Source: Octopus sinensis
Lineage: Eukaryota
Assembly (NCBI RefSeq): GCF_006345805.1
Contig: NC_042997.1
Location: 46,500,001 to 46,564,000, forward strand
Length of the DNA: 64,000 nt
Reading direction: 5' to 3'
In this document: in pieces, positions 11,331-24,323 of the stretch
How the letters are laid out: every line of letters begins with the position of its first letter
How positions within the stretch are numbered: position 1 is the stretch's first letter
Made by a program: the position numbers and the translations under genes
Notes under the pieces: model-generated
What the model saw: only the letters and a program-made list of their open reading frames with translations
The model's database searches: none
What the model was told of the DNA's origin: nothing

Positions 11331-13175
11331 TGCGAATACGCGTTGTTAGTGTTGTTCGTACCACAGAATAGAAGTTGTCACGCTGGTTTGCAGTGGGCTA
11401 AAATTGATTGTAAAAGAAGCTCAGCTGTAAGGTAAGACTATTGTTTGTTTGGACCAGTGGCGGTTTGTTGTTTGCCGTAATTATTTTTGTACAAACAAGT
11501 CCTCACCGGATTCTGGACTCTGGTCTGCCTGCAGTTGGGTGAATAATTTTTCTCACTTAATTGTGAGAAATGTTGTTTTGGGGGCGTATCTCGCTTCCAA
11601 AAAGGTTTTCACTTTTAGTGAATAGTTTTTCAAAAATTGTGAGAATTCACCGAAGATGCAACAACTTCTTTTACCAATTCTTGTGGAAGCTGTGTTGCAA
11701 GTTGTGGCGATCTGGGTTCAAGTTGGATTACCAAATAGGCCTGGATTACCGAGTGGCCAGATTTTTTGCTTGCTGCGTTTTTTTTAAAGTGTAGACTGTT
11801 CTCTTTCCTTCTTCAGTCTTTTTTGTGATTTTCATTTTATTTAACTGTTTCCTTTTTTACTTCCTTCCTTTTTGTTGTGACTTTCTTTTGATTTCTTTCT
11901 TTTTCTCCCTTCTTTTGTTTTTGATTTTTTATCTGAGCTGTTTTTTAACCTTTTATTAAAAAAACAACGTGGTAAAGAACAAGGACAATGTTTTGGAGTG
12001 AGAAATTGTCTTACCAAAACAGTGGTGGAAAGAATGTGAAGAGAGGACGGTGGTGTTGAGGACTTACTCCAAGTCGCTCGACACCATCGCCCTACTTCAA
12101 AAGAATGTTATCGAAAGGTAGTTGGCAGAGTATCTTCCAACTATTAAATTCATCTCCAGGGGAGTCAAATATGCAACGGTGTTGTTGCTATTTCACACCC
12201 CCGAGGAGGCTCGCAAATTTGCGAGCCAACCCTTGGAGGTCAAAGAGATTTTGCTTCTTCCCTCGTATTGTGGGAGGAAGTTGACGAGGGCTTGGGTCTG
12301 TGGTTTGCCACCCGGAATAGGACCCGAGTGGATAGAGGACACTACCCGCCAGTGTCTGGGTGGCAGCGGAGCCAAGCTCCTGAATGTAAATTTTTGCCTG
12401 GGCTGATTGGGTAGGGTCAAAAGCTGTTTTGACCCTGTGGACCCAATCAGCCTAAGATCTGGTAGTTCCAGATTTTTCGAAAATGGACGGGTGCAGGTAG
12501 CCGGTGACTTTTGAGGATCGCCCCCCTTATGTGTCATCGGTGCCTGGAGCCTGGCCATATAAAGAATAACTGTCCCCAGGAACAAAGGTCCTGGAGCAGT
12601 TGGTTGAAAACTCTGTAGAAGAGGGAACGAAGGCGGCCGAGGAGGTGGAGGACTTCTGAAAGGGCTGCAAGATGAAGAAAGTGAGCATCAATCGTTGCTC
12701 ACCGAAGGATCCTAGTGATGAGGGAGAGGAGGCGAATCTCCCGGTCACGGAGGAGACGCACGATCTCTCAGTTGAGAAGAAAAATGGGGGAAGAGGAAGA
12801 GAAACGGAACATTGCCGGCAGTAGGCTACATAGTACCGGAATGTCCCGGAACCTCGTCGGTGGGGGTTGTTCCACCGGCAGGGGAAGAGACACCGTCGGT
12901 GGAAATTGTGCTGCCGATGGTAGAAGTGACTACCTCGTCCCCGGAGGAAGACGAATTATTGGTCTTCTCCTATAGAGGCGGAGAGGTGGAAAAGTCGTTG
13001 GAAAAACAACATAAAGAAAGTACTTTAGCCTGGACACGGGATCCCGAATGGCCACCGCTGGTAGCTGTGGAGATCATAAAGTTGCCTGTGTTGCGTTGGC
13101 TGGAGGGACTCAATGAGGAATATCGCTTGTGGCCGGGAGACGCCAACACGGCACCCGCTTTGTGCATATAAATAT
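11331..13175 (+). mobile_element. Tx1-like non-LTR retrotransposon 5' part: 5'UTR plus disrupted ORF1 with CCHC zinc knuckle
   Basis: GC-rich segment. ORF1 runs from ~11970 (VKNKDNVLE*...LLLPSYCGRKLTRAWVCGLPPGIGPEW) with stops. CHRCLEPGHIKNNC (CX2CX4HX4C) lies at 12532-12573, followed by an acidic low-complexity tail. Confidence 0.8.
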
Positions 13176-13239
13176 GGATACGACGTGCTTCCATACACTT
13201 GCTACTTACAATAGTCATTCACAAGGCATTTGTCGGCTT

Positions 13240-14625
13240 GATAAACATAGAAAATCAATCCCTAACACGGAAAACCTTATCTCTTCTGTTCCCCATAAAG
13301 AATGCATTGATGAAAATATAATATACGAAGGTACTGTTAACAAAGACGGAATGAGCTGAGAATATTACACACACTTAGAATAATATGGTAGTCCAAGCAC
13401 TTTTTTACAACATGATGATATCACAACATCGATTTCCAGTACCAGTGCCAATAATATTATTTTGGATAGTCGAATGATCCGTATAGGATAGAAGTTCATA
13501 GACGTTAACTTCTTTAGATGTTAAATGCTGAAAGATTCTGCCATCAGCTGTAATCTTTCACAGAGACAATGATATAGACAAACTCTAATTTGAGACGAAA
13601 TTGGTAGCGATGCTGTGCACACAGCTTCGAATATCATATAGTATTTCTCAGACAGCAGCAGCTGAACAATAGCAGCAAAAGTAAACACATAATCTAAATT
13701 TTGAAAAACAAAGAAAAATATTTGCCAAAATATTTTCGTCGCTTTGAGACCGCGACCTGTTCACTGACAAAGGCAGCACGGAATTTTGTTAGTAAAAAGA
13801 AAAATATCCTTTATAAGTAAGACAGCAATGAGTTTCTCAAGACAACCTTACAGCCTCTCATACAACAGCAGAGTGGCTGGACTAACATAATTTAAATAAG
13901 ACTAACCATGCAAAACAAAAAATGCTTATTCGTGGGTGTGCTTCCTGATGATTTGAAGAAGATACTAATAAAGACATGCAACGAGCTGACGATCTATGTA
14001 TTACATCACATTTCAAAGGCTGTACACGTTGCAGTCCAAAAGCATGAAAAGGACTCGCGATCGCTACATCTCATCATACTTAAAACACGATATGTTTGCA
14101 GTCCAAGAGCGTGACGTTGCTACGACTAACCTAAAAACTAAAGAGACAGTGATGTCTTTGAAGCCCCAAGATGCAACTAAAATGCCGATTATGTAACATT
14201 TCTGTCCTTGAATAAAAGAGAGATCACCATTGTTATATAATACAAATATAAACGTCAGCACAAATAATATAACTGAAACTTTCTCATAAAAACACTTACC
14301 AAGCGCAAATATAACAAGCCAGATATAGTTGTTGTGAAAGACAAAAGAAAGTATGTGTAGTCTAAGAGGTCAGCAGTCGAAAATCAAAAAGAAAGAGGGT
14401 AACTATGAACAAATGCTTCAAAAGCTTCAACTTCTGGACCCAGAATATAAATTCCCATTTATACCAATATTGTTTGGTGAATTGATTATATAAGTAAACT
14501 CCTAATTAACAAACTGAACAGCAAGAGTTTTCAGGAAATGAACATCAACCAGCCAACACGCACATTACAAAGACAATCTGTAAGTGGAACAGGGAACTTT
14601 TGCAAGTTATATATTTAAAGTATAT
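13240..14625 (+). mobile_element. Highly degenerate RLE-type (R4/NeSL-like) LINE 3' remnant
   Basis: Fragments RYISSYLKHDMFAVQERDVAT, YNKPDIVVVKD (PD-(D/E)xK endonuclease start), YEQMLQKLQLLDPEYKFPFIPILFG and LQRQSVSGT match the C-terminus of RLE LINE ORFs. Confidence 0.7.
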
Positions 14626-14679
14626 TCTATCGACAGAGCGTTTTTCAAACCAATTCCTTACAAGAGGAATTCAACTAAC

Positions 14680-14744
14680 ATACATCGGTTGTCAAGCGGA
14701 ATTCATCTAACATACAACGGTTGCCAAGCGATGGTGGGGGACAA

Positions 14745-14785
<41 letters not shown>

Positions 14786-14941
14786 CATACGAAGAACTTT
14801 TATTTTCCGTTCACCAAACTCACTCACGAGGCTTTGGTCGGCCCGAGTCTACAGTAGAAGACACTTGCCCAGGGTATCACGCTGTGGGATTGAACCTGGA
14901 GCCATGTGGTTGGGAAGCAAGCTTTTTCCACATAATCGTCC
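14680..14941 (-). mobile_element. Family C SINE (5' and central part)
   Basis: Matches 19812-20204 (agaagacacttgcccagg, cacaaggc...ggccc). Confidence 0.8.
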
Positions 14942-14973
14942 CTATATATACATATATACATATATATATATAC

Positions 14974-15032
<59 letters not shown>

Positions 15033-15058
15033 ATATAACGGGAAGCTTTATGAAAATA

Positions 15059-15121
<63 letters not shown>

Positions 15122-16202
15122 TACACACACTCGTATATACAATCGCAAACACACACATACTTATATGTATATTTTATATGAAGTATCATCCTTGCTTATG
15201 TGCATCTAGTAACTTAAGTATGTATTTAGCTCTTCACACAACACACACAAATTCATAGATTTACAGTTATTGTTGCTGAATTCATATGATTTCCGAAGCC
15301 CAAACCCACGCATTTTCAGATCTTTCTCCTGTTATCTTAATACGTGTTTGCCTTTCAAAGTTTGCCTTTATCTTCTTTTATTTATTTTCTTTGTTCTTTC
15401 TCTCAGTCTGTCCTTTTATTAGATATATTTATGCTTATAGGCACGAAACATCTTGCACGCCTACACACACTAACACGCACGTGCGGTCACATTTAGTCAC
15501 ACGCACGCACTTATCTACAAAGCTAAACATATTCAAGGTTGCATATTTGTGCCTGTCTGTGCCTGTCTATATATATATATATAATATCTCTCTAAATAAA
15601 TAAACATTAAGAATGAAAAATTGATAATATTAGCGCACAAACTGTATTACTATAAATACGTTCATATGCATATGCACTGACTGGTAAAAGCTTACCACGC
15701 ACACACATCTAGTTACACATACACAAATACGTGTACAGACTCGTACTTACACATCTATGCATACATACGTATGCAAAGACACTCTTATCTGCGTATAAAA
15801 TAAGTAGGAACGATATTGGATATAGATGAAATATGGCGCCTGTGTGAACTTGTAATGAAGGTGTTGTAGGTAACTGACTTTGATTTTAGGTAGAACAGTA
15901 TAGTTTAAACACATGCAATTACGTTCTGATTGACATATATTTGGTAGCGAAGGTAACTGTAATTAATTTATCAAAGTGTGATATTTATATCTGCTAGGTA
16001 GTGCTGGAAATAATAATATCAGAAATTATTAGAAATTCAGCTCCTCAATTATAAAATAACGATAAGCAATCACAAAAATGTAGCTTTCCGTAGGGTTTCG
16101 AATTGAAGTCAATACACTTTTCCCTACATTTCTCTACATCCAGTCACTACATTTCTCTCAGGTTGATAAAGAACTGTAAAAAAAAAAACCAAAAAAAAAA
16201 CC

Positions 16203-16617
16203 GGATCTTTTCGGTTTGAACGGCAGTTTTTAACATAATTTCTAGATAACTAAAACATTTTAAACTTCGTATACTGGTAGAATGTGTTTATAAAACATCT
16301 TTTTCTCTTGGCTTTATTGAGAAAATTCTATAGTTTGTAAAATATTTGTTGTTTGTTTCTTCAATTTCTGCAATTTCAACCAATCAATGACGTCCATTGA
16401 AGTAAAAAACATTCTGTGCCGTATGAATATGTCTCTCGTTTAAGAAACAGATTGGGTCTATTTACATTTCTAATAAAAAAAAGATACCCTTCCTCCACCC
16501 CTAATCCTAACCCTAAAACAGATTGAAATGCAATAGATCGATACTAGGATCATAATTATGGGTGACAATTTCATATGACACCGCTAGAAAAAACTGCCGT
16601 TCAAACCGAAAAGATCC
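16203..16617. mobile_element. MITE with 29-bp perfect terminal inverted repeats
   Basis: ggatcttttcggtttgaacggcagttttt (16203-16231) versus aaaaactgccgttcaaaccgaaaagatcc (16589-16617). Internal cctaatcctaaccctaa. Confidence 0.9.
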
Positions 16618-17075
16618 CCCAAAACAACCCAGATAAAATCAACATGGCGATGTGGATAAGTCGGCTTCATAGACATGTGACTTGAGATTATATCCTAATA
16701 CATAGCACCGTCGACAAGTAACTTCCACTCTAGCTTTATGTTGACCAAAACTCGATAGAAGAAAAGTGTTCAGAAATCCTGTCGGCGAAACTGGTGTTGT
16801 TTTGGAGCAGCAGAATTCATCCATTATACAGTTTAACACCACCACTTAATTCTTCTGTGACATTGGCAGCTTCCACTTCACTGCCAGCTGCTGATTCAGG
16901 TTTCTTGCATGAGGATGGCTTCCTCACTTCCTTCTAACAGTCTATGAGATACTGAACAGGGTTCGACCCTGCTCTTCCGGCTATTTGAAAATCATGAAAA
17001 AGTAATCTCCCATTCTGTTAGGGTTATTTTATGGCATTCCATTCAGTTTCAAAAGTAAGAATTATTATTTTTTAA

Positions 17076-17510
17076 GGCGGCGAGCTGGCAGAAACGTTAG
17101 CACGCCGGACGAAATGATCAGCAGTATTTCGTCTGTCGCTACGTTCTCAGTTCAAATTCTGCCGAGGTCGACTTTGCCTTTCATCATTTCGGGGTCGATA
17201 AATATTTACCAGTTATACCAGTACCAGTTACACACTGTGGTCGATATAATCGACTTAATCCGTTTGTCTGTCTTTGGTTGTCCTCTCTGTGTTTAGCCCC
17301 TTGTGGGTAGTAAAGAAATAGAAATAGGTATTTCGTCTGCCGCTACGTTCTGAGTTCAAATTCCGTCGAGGTCAACTTTGCTTTTAATCCTTTCGGGGTG
17401 GATTAAATAAGTACTAATTACGCAATGGAGTCGATACTATCGACTTAATCCGTTTGTCTATCCTTGTTTGTCCGCTCTGTGTGTAGCCCCTTGTGGGCAG
17501 TAAAAAAATA
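17076..17510 (+). mobile_element. Family A SINE dimer
   Basis: Full head ggcggcgagctggcagaaacgttagc plus tail2, junction gaaataggtatttc at 17320-17333, then a second core plus tail2. Confidence 0.9.
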
Positions 17511-17744
17511 AGATCGGTGGCATTTGAATTGCAGGTACGATCCCCCTGACGAGCTTCTATGTAGTTTCGTAAACCCAATTTTATTCACAAGGTTTGAGGA
17601 AGTGAAATTTGGATAAGATGCAGCAGATTGAAGTTCAATGTGGGACTACGTGGTTCGGAAGCAAATATCTAAATCATTCCGCAAGACTGCACCTACTTTG
17701 GAAATATTAAAAGAAACGATAAAATGTCCTTCCCGATCCAGGCT

Positions 17745-18077
17745 GCGTATGTATATGATGTTTGCATATATGTATGTATGTACGTACATATGTATGAATG
17801 TATGTATGTATGCACGTATGTGTGCATGTGCGTATATATGTATGTATATATGTATGTACGTACGTACATATGTATATATATATATTTGGATAGACGGATG
17901 TATGCATGTATACATGTATGCATATATGCATGTATGCAGGTATGTGAGTATGTATGTATTAATGTGTGTATATAGACAGATAGATATATAGATAGATAGA
18001 TAGTAGACAGACAGATAGATAGATAGATAGATATATAGATAGATAGATAGATAGATAGCAGACAGACAGACAGATAC

Positions 18078-18113
<36 letters not shown>

Positions 18114-18215
18114 TAGACAGACAGATAGATAGATAGATCGAGAGAAAGAGAGAGAGAGAGAGTTGTTGAAAGCGAAAGAAAAAGAGAGAGAGTGAGAGAA
18201 GGGGGGGGGAGAAAT
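17745..18215. repeat. Compound (TATG)/(GATA)/(GA) microsatellites
   Basis: Direct reading. Confidence 0.85.
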
Positions 18216-19417
18216 AGAGCGAGAAAAAGAGAGAAAAGAAAAAGGGAGAAAGAGAGAGAGAGTTTGAAATGCAACCTAAATTACCACACTGTACATATGA
18301 CGAAAACCCCTTGATAACATTCAGCAACCTTATTCGATTTGCCAATTTCTTAATTTTTAAATGTTATGTTTTTAATTGTTTAATAATACATCTATACATC
18401 TAAATGCATACGTGTATAAAATCAAAATAAGCAACAGGGTATGCAGTGGTGATGCAGTACGATTGTCTGAATCTCAATTATTTTGCATATATATATATAT
18501 TGTATTATGTGTGTGTATATACATGTAAGCGTATGCGTATAAATACAAATGTATGAGTATATGTGCGAGTATGCGGGCCTATATAATAGTACATATACAC
18601 ATTTATATGTTTATGTGTGCGTGTGTGCGTATATCTATATACATATTTTTCTTTCTCTCGCCTGATTTATCAGCCCCTATAATAACTTTACCTCGTACGA
18701 TAAATGCCTACGTCTAATTTTAGAAACTTGATCATTATATCTTCTTATTCTTCCCTTCCGTTTTGAGGTTTACTACTCACTTTTAGTACCCCCCTTCCGC
18801 ACCACATTCTTTGTCTATCTCTCCACACTAGTGCCTTTCAAACATATCACCCTACCTCCCAATTCTCACACATATTCCTTCCTTATATTCTTATCTCTTC
18901 CTTCTACCCCTCCTCCTATTCCTTTTATTTAATGATAGCTCTCCCATCCCCACCACATCACAATATCTTGACCACCATCTAGCACTCTTTTTACAATTTC
19001 CCTTCCTCATTCTTTCTTTCCTCCCCCAATCCTTTTGACCAATACCCTTTTCCTCCGTCTAACATACGTATCTATTCTCTTCTCTCTATTCACTTCCGTC
19101 TACCAGTATATTCTCAAAATTTCATTTAAAATACACGATCACTTTCAATGAAGAGCACATGGGATAAATATCTCTAACACTATCCATTTGTAATAACAAA
19201 ATATGAACTACTATCGAAATTGACATACTGTAGTCTAAAGACTCTCTACCCAGTCTACACAGCACCTTTCCTTGGATAATGGAACTGCAACTGTAACATC
19301 CAACATATATGTCTATTTTTATTCTCACATTTCCCTTTATACTTCCTATATATCTCCCTTTCCAAAATAAATTCTTAAATTGAAATCTATCTCCTTCTAT
19401 TTAACCCTCTCATGTCC

Positions 19418-19463
19418 TCTCTGATGATAAGATATCCTTTATGCCCCTGAAACAGCTGTAAGA
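19418..19463 (+). ncRNA. Minimal type-I hammerhead ribozyme-like motif (degenerate stem II)
   Basis: TCT-CTGATGA-(21 nt)-GAAA-C-AGCT-GTA-AGA. The core is intact, stem III has a palindromic loop and stem I is TCT/AGA. Stem II does not pair well. Confidence 0.5.
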
Positions 19464-19811
19464 CTAACTTTCACTTTATAAATGTCCCAGAAACTTCGCA
19501 GTGCCTCGGCTTTGTTGTCTCATTATATTTAATATATACAAATCTATATATGTCTGTAACGGCGGTGCTCCGGCATGGCTGCAGTTACATGACTTAAACA
19601 AGTAAAACAATAAAATAATATATATATATATATATAATATATATATATATATATAATATATATATAATATATATATATATATAGATATATATATATATAT
19701 TATATATATATGTATACATACATACATATATATATATGTGTGTGTGCGTGTGTATATATATACATATATATACACAAATCTATATATGTTTGTATATATA
19801 TATACATACTC

Positions 19812-20204
19812 TTTACTCTTTACTCTTTTACTCTTTTACTTGTATCAGTCATTTGACTGCGGCCATGCTGGAGCACCGCCTTTAGTCGAGCAAATCGACC
19901 CCGGGACTTATTCTTTGTAAGCCCAGTACTTATTCTATCGGTTTCTTTTTGCCGAACCGCTAAGTGATGGGGACGTAAACACACCAGCATCGATTGTCAA
20001 GCAATGCTAGGGGGACAAACACACACATATATATATACATATATACGACAGGCTTCTTTCAGTTTCCGTCTACCAAATCCACGCACAAGGCATTGTTCGG
20101 CCCGGGGCTATAGCAGAAGACACTTGCCCAAGATGCCACGCAGTGGGACTGAACCCGGAACCATGTGGTTGGCTAGCAAGCTACTTACCACACAGCCACT
20201 CCTG
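19812..20204 (-). mobile_element. Family C tRNA-derived SINE, near full length
   Basis: Head GGAGTGGCTGTGTGGTAAG...GGTTCAGTCCC, internal (TA/TG) tract, tail ...ATGACTGATACAAG(TAAAAGAG)n. Confidence 0.9.
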
Positions 20205-20282
20205 CGCATATATAAACTTACATGGAAATGGATGCGTAGCATTCAATTAAATATATATAATATAAATGATATATGTGACCGT

Positions 20283-20520
20283 CCATAAACCCTAAATTTT
20301 ATTTCCGAATTTATGGGAGCAGCTGTCTTTGAAGGCTCATATTGTCGTTCAATGCTCGAAATGGGGAGTAGATAGACAGCCGACAACTGATCAAGTGTCG
20401 TTCTCCGTGTTTAATTATCCTCTTTTCTTTATTTCCTCTCGTTGTTTGCGCATTTAACTCATTTGTTTCCATATTTTATGTTCTTTACAGAGTTGGTGAG
20501 GTCCTGTACCCATGTATGTA
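20283..20520. repeat. Unclassified dispersed repeat, copy 1 (copy 2 at 22218-22458)
   Basis: Both copies start ccataaa..cctaaatttt and end gttggtga.gtcctgtacccat.tatg. Confidence 0.75.
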
Positions 20521-20522
20521 TA

Positions 20523-20916
20523 TCTTTATATATAAAAGTGAGGTTGTGTGCTGTCTGTCTCTACGATTTAGATTCCTAACTCCTCCCACATTTTGCGGTG
20601 CAGTTTAACCAAAAGCGGGTATCTTATAGTCGTGGTTCATATCGAGCCCTTCTGGGTATTAGCGCGCATCTATGATGAGTCTACGATTTAAAAAAAAAAT
20701 TACCATCAATTTTTCCCATTTTTAATGCATTTTTGGCATATATAAGGGAAGTAACTCTCTAAACAATTATTATTAAATCTCAGAACGTAAAAAGCTACAG
20801 TAACACCCCCCTTTGTGGTTAACCCTATTGAGATGGCTATTATACTTTACATCTCTAAAAATGCTTATATAGTTATTTCCCTTACAAACCCGAGCAACGA
20901 CGTGCGGTACTGCTAG
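20523..20916 (+). mobile_element. Non-autonomous Helitron
   Basis: 5' TC(TTTATATATAAAAG) follows an A. The 3' end has a degenerate GC hairpin cccgagcaacgacgtgcgg, then CTAG (20913-20916) followed by T. Confidence 0.8.
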
Positions 20917-20922
20917 TGTATG

Positions 20923-20953
<31 letters not shown>

Positions 20954-20959
20954 TTTTTT

Positions 20960-20991
<32 letters not shown>

Positions 20992-21275
20992 CTTGTATGA
21001 AAAAAAATATATATATACATATATATATATATAGATGATTTTGATTTTGATTTTGATTTTTCCAGTTTCAGCTAATGAGCTGTGGCCATGTTGGGGCACC
21101 GCCATTTGGTTTGCTACATGATTTTACCTCACGAATGCTTTTTAGCAACTGCCATTTGGTGCATGAGAGAGTTCGATGCAGCTGCCCTGATCTGCACCTC
21201 CTGCCGTGAAGTTGGTTCATCCGGGACACCTGACAGGAAGAGATCCAGTCCTACTTTAAAGACATCCGCATCTAC

Positions 21276-21309
<34 letters not shown>

Positions 21310-21325
21310 TTTTTTTTCATATATG

Positions 21326-21374
<49 letters not shown>

Positions 21375-21376
<2 letters not shown>

Positions 21377-21699
21377 AGCACTCCATCGGTTGCAACGATG
21401 AGGGTCCCAGCTGATACGGTCAACGGAACAGCTTGGTCGTGAAATTAACGTGTAAGTGGCTGAGCACTCCACAAACACGTGTACCCAGAGCATAGTTCTC
21501 GGGTAGATTTAGCCTGACATAGTGTGTGATAAGGCAGGCCCTTTGAAATACAGGTAGTACTTATTTTTGCCAGCTGAGTGGACTGGAGCAACGTGAAATA
21601 GAGTGTCTTGCTCAAGTACACAATGCGCCGCCGGGAATTGAAATCACGACCTTACGATCATCAGCTGAATGCCCCTAACCACTAAGACACACGCCTTCA

Positions 21700-21700
<1 letters not shown>
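21375..21700 (-). mobile_element. tRNA-derived SINE, family D
   Basis: Minus-strand head GTGAAGGCGTGTGTCTTAGTGGTTAGGGGCATTC...GTGATTTCAATTCCCGG, then CTTGAGCAAGACACT...GCTCCAGTCCACTCAGCTGG central domain. Confidence 0.8.
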
Positions 21701-21785
<85 letters not shown>

Positions 21786-22217
21786 TATTATATTGATCTA
21801 ATTGAACGCCACGCATCCATTTCCATATATTTTTTTAAACCTTTTTGATACGACTCTACGCTATACTGTTTTCTACCTCCGTCCCTCTCTAATTCTCTTT
21901 TTCTACCCTTCCATCTTTCACCGTTTTCTATCTCTCCCTCACACTCTCTTTCCCTCCTTCTATTTTTCACTCTCTCGTTGCTTACCCGTGACCATCGTCC
22001 ATCTTTCTCACGTGACCATCATTCTTTTCCTGCATAGACTTTCAAATGAATGGACGTTTTCTTTCTCTCTCTTCTCTCTCTTCTCTTTTCAAAGAAAATA
22101 TTTCTCCCAGCGTTCGGTTTTTTCCTCAAGTACTGCTCTAACGACCCTCCATATTTGTTTCCTTTCGGTTTCTTTGTATGTCTCCACAGTCCTCTTTTTG
22201 TTGCCAAATTTGACGCT

Positions 22218-22458
22218 CCATAAATCCTAAATTTTGTTTTAGAATTTATGGGCGCAACTGTCATTGAAGGCTCGTATTGTCGTTGACTGCTCGAAAAGGG
22301 GACTGCATAGAAAGCAACAACTTATGAAGGGTCCTTTCTTTGTGTTTACTTGTCCTGTTTTCCATTTTTTTGTCTGTCGTTGTTAACGTATTTAATTCGT
22401 GTCTTCGTATTTCATGTTGCTTACATAGTTGGTGACGTCCTGTACCCATATATGCATA
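22218..22458. repeat. Unclassified dispersed repeat, copy 2
   Basis: Diverged direct copy of 20283-20520. Confidence 0.75.
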
Positions 22459-22575
22459 CACACACACACACACAAATATATATATATATATATATAATAT
22501 ATATATATATACACATGCATATATATTATTCATATTATATACATATATATATGTATATATAGAAATCTATGTCTG

Positions 22576-22672
<97 letters not shown>

Positions 22673-23986
22673 TAGATAAATGAATTATCTTATTACGGAT
22701 AATTCGAAAGGTAACCGATACCTGGGTAGCAAACTCACAACAGAAAGAACACGGTTGAAGTTACGACCATACGGCATATACATATATATATATATATTTA
22801 ATATATGTATATACAAATCTATACACGTCTTTATGTGTGTATGTATATATGCACATACGAAAACACGTACTTATATATACATGCATACACATATATATTT
22901 ATATGCATATGTATGTTAGGGTGTGTGTTGGGTGGGGCTCACTCAGAAAACGTACTTTTCATTTTTCAGGAAAAGACTACCGGATCAACCTAGGCTATGC
23001 AACCTAATCGTATAAAAGTCGCAAAAAAGTCAGGACACTACCAGCGTCCTTTTATTTACGTATTATGTATACATATTTATCTATGTGTCTCCTTAACTTC
23101 ACAAACACACACATAGACATACATACACACAGACACACGCACACACACAGACACAGAGTCATATGTAAGTATGTGCATGTGCGTTCGTGCTTGTATGTGT
23201 GTCCGTGTGTCTGTCTGCATGTGTTTGATTGTATGTCTAAAAATATGTCTTTACATATACACACACACAAACATATACTTACATATGCACTCGTATGCAC
23301 ATGCCGACAGGCAAAAATGCATTATCTGCTTGCTTTCTTCTATTTCAATCGCATACACGTCAATATTATGTTTGATATTTTTTGTATTTAATACTTTGTA
23401 TCTAAATATACTGCAATACATATTTCATTCTTTGGGTTGTAGTTACTCCCGTACAATCGAATCAAGGTGTTTTACGCTGCTATATTGGACATTAATGACA
23501 TAAATCTAATACTGCATTATTACCAACTCACACAATTATTTCTATATACAACATCTCTACTGCTTGTTCAAGCAACAGATTAATACTATACACATGCATA
23601 TGCAGACACTCATAGATATGACTTGCTTTAGATATAAGCACAACTAAATACTATCATGCACCCAAAGAAGTCAATTAGCTTTCTCAAAAGCCGGAGAGAA
23701 ACTGGATCAACAATAAAAAGAAAACCTCCTCTGCAGACATTTCAATTAGCAGTTACATGTCAGGTTCGGTAGGAAGCTGGAATTTCCACAGCACATAATA
23801 CTGGCATCATTCCTGCCAAACATGATCTACTCCTCTAAAGCATTTAAACAACAGATTCAGCGAAAACCTACAAAACGAAACCAACAGGAGTGAACTTGCG
23901 AAGAAAGAAGAATTTGTGGTGAAATGTCAGAGTGGAGGCAAGAAATAATATTAAGAGTATGAGAATGTAGGCTGCTGTATGTGGGC

Positions 23987-24027
<41 letters not shown>

Positions 24028-24323
24028 TGTGTGTGTGTGTGTGTGTGTGAGTGTGTGTGTGTGTGTAGTTTTCAAATATGAATAACGATATGCACTGAGC
24101 CTGAAATATTGCTTGGAGACACATGGCATGTTATATGAATCAACCAAATTATGTATCTTTAAAGTATGCAACTATTAGTAGTATATTCAAATTCTGTGAA
24201 TAATTAATGATATATAACCAATATACATAGAGGTGCAGGTGCTATTTCGCACCGTTCTTTATGTATTTTACCTCCTTGGTTCTTAATCGCTTTAGCAACC
24301 TATGTATTTAATATATCATAATA

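Noticed and set aside
17546-17575. CTGACGA...GTAAAC hammerhead-like match
   Set aside because: There is no GAAA core or stem III, and it aligns with a decayed family C SINE segment.
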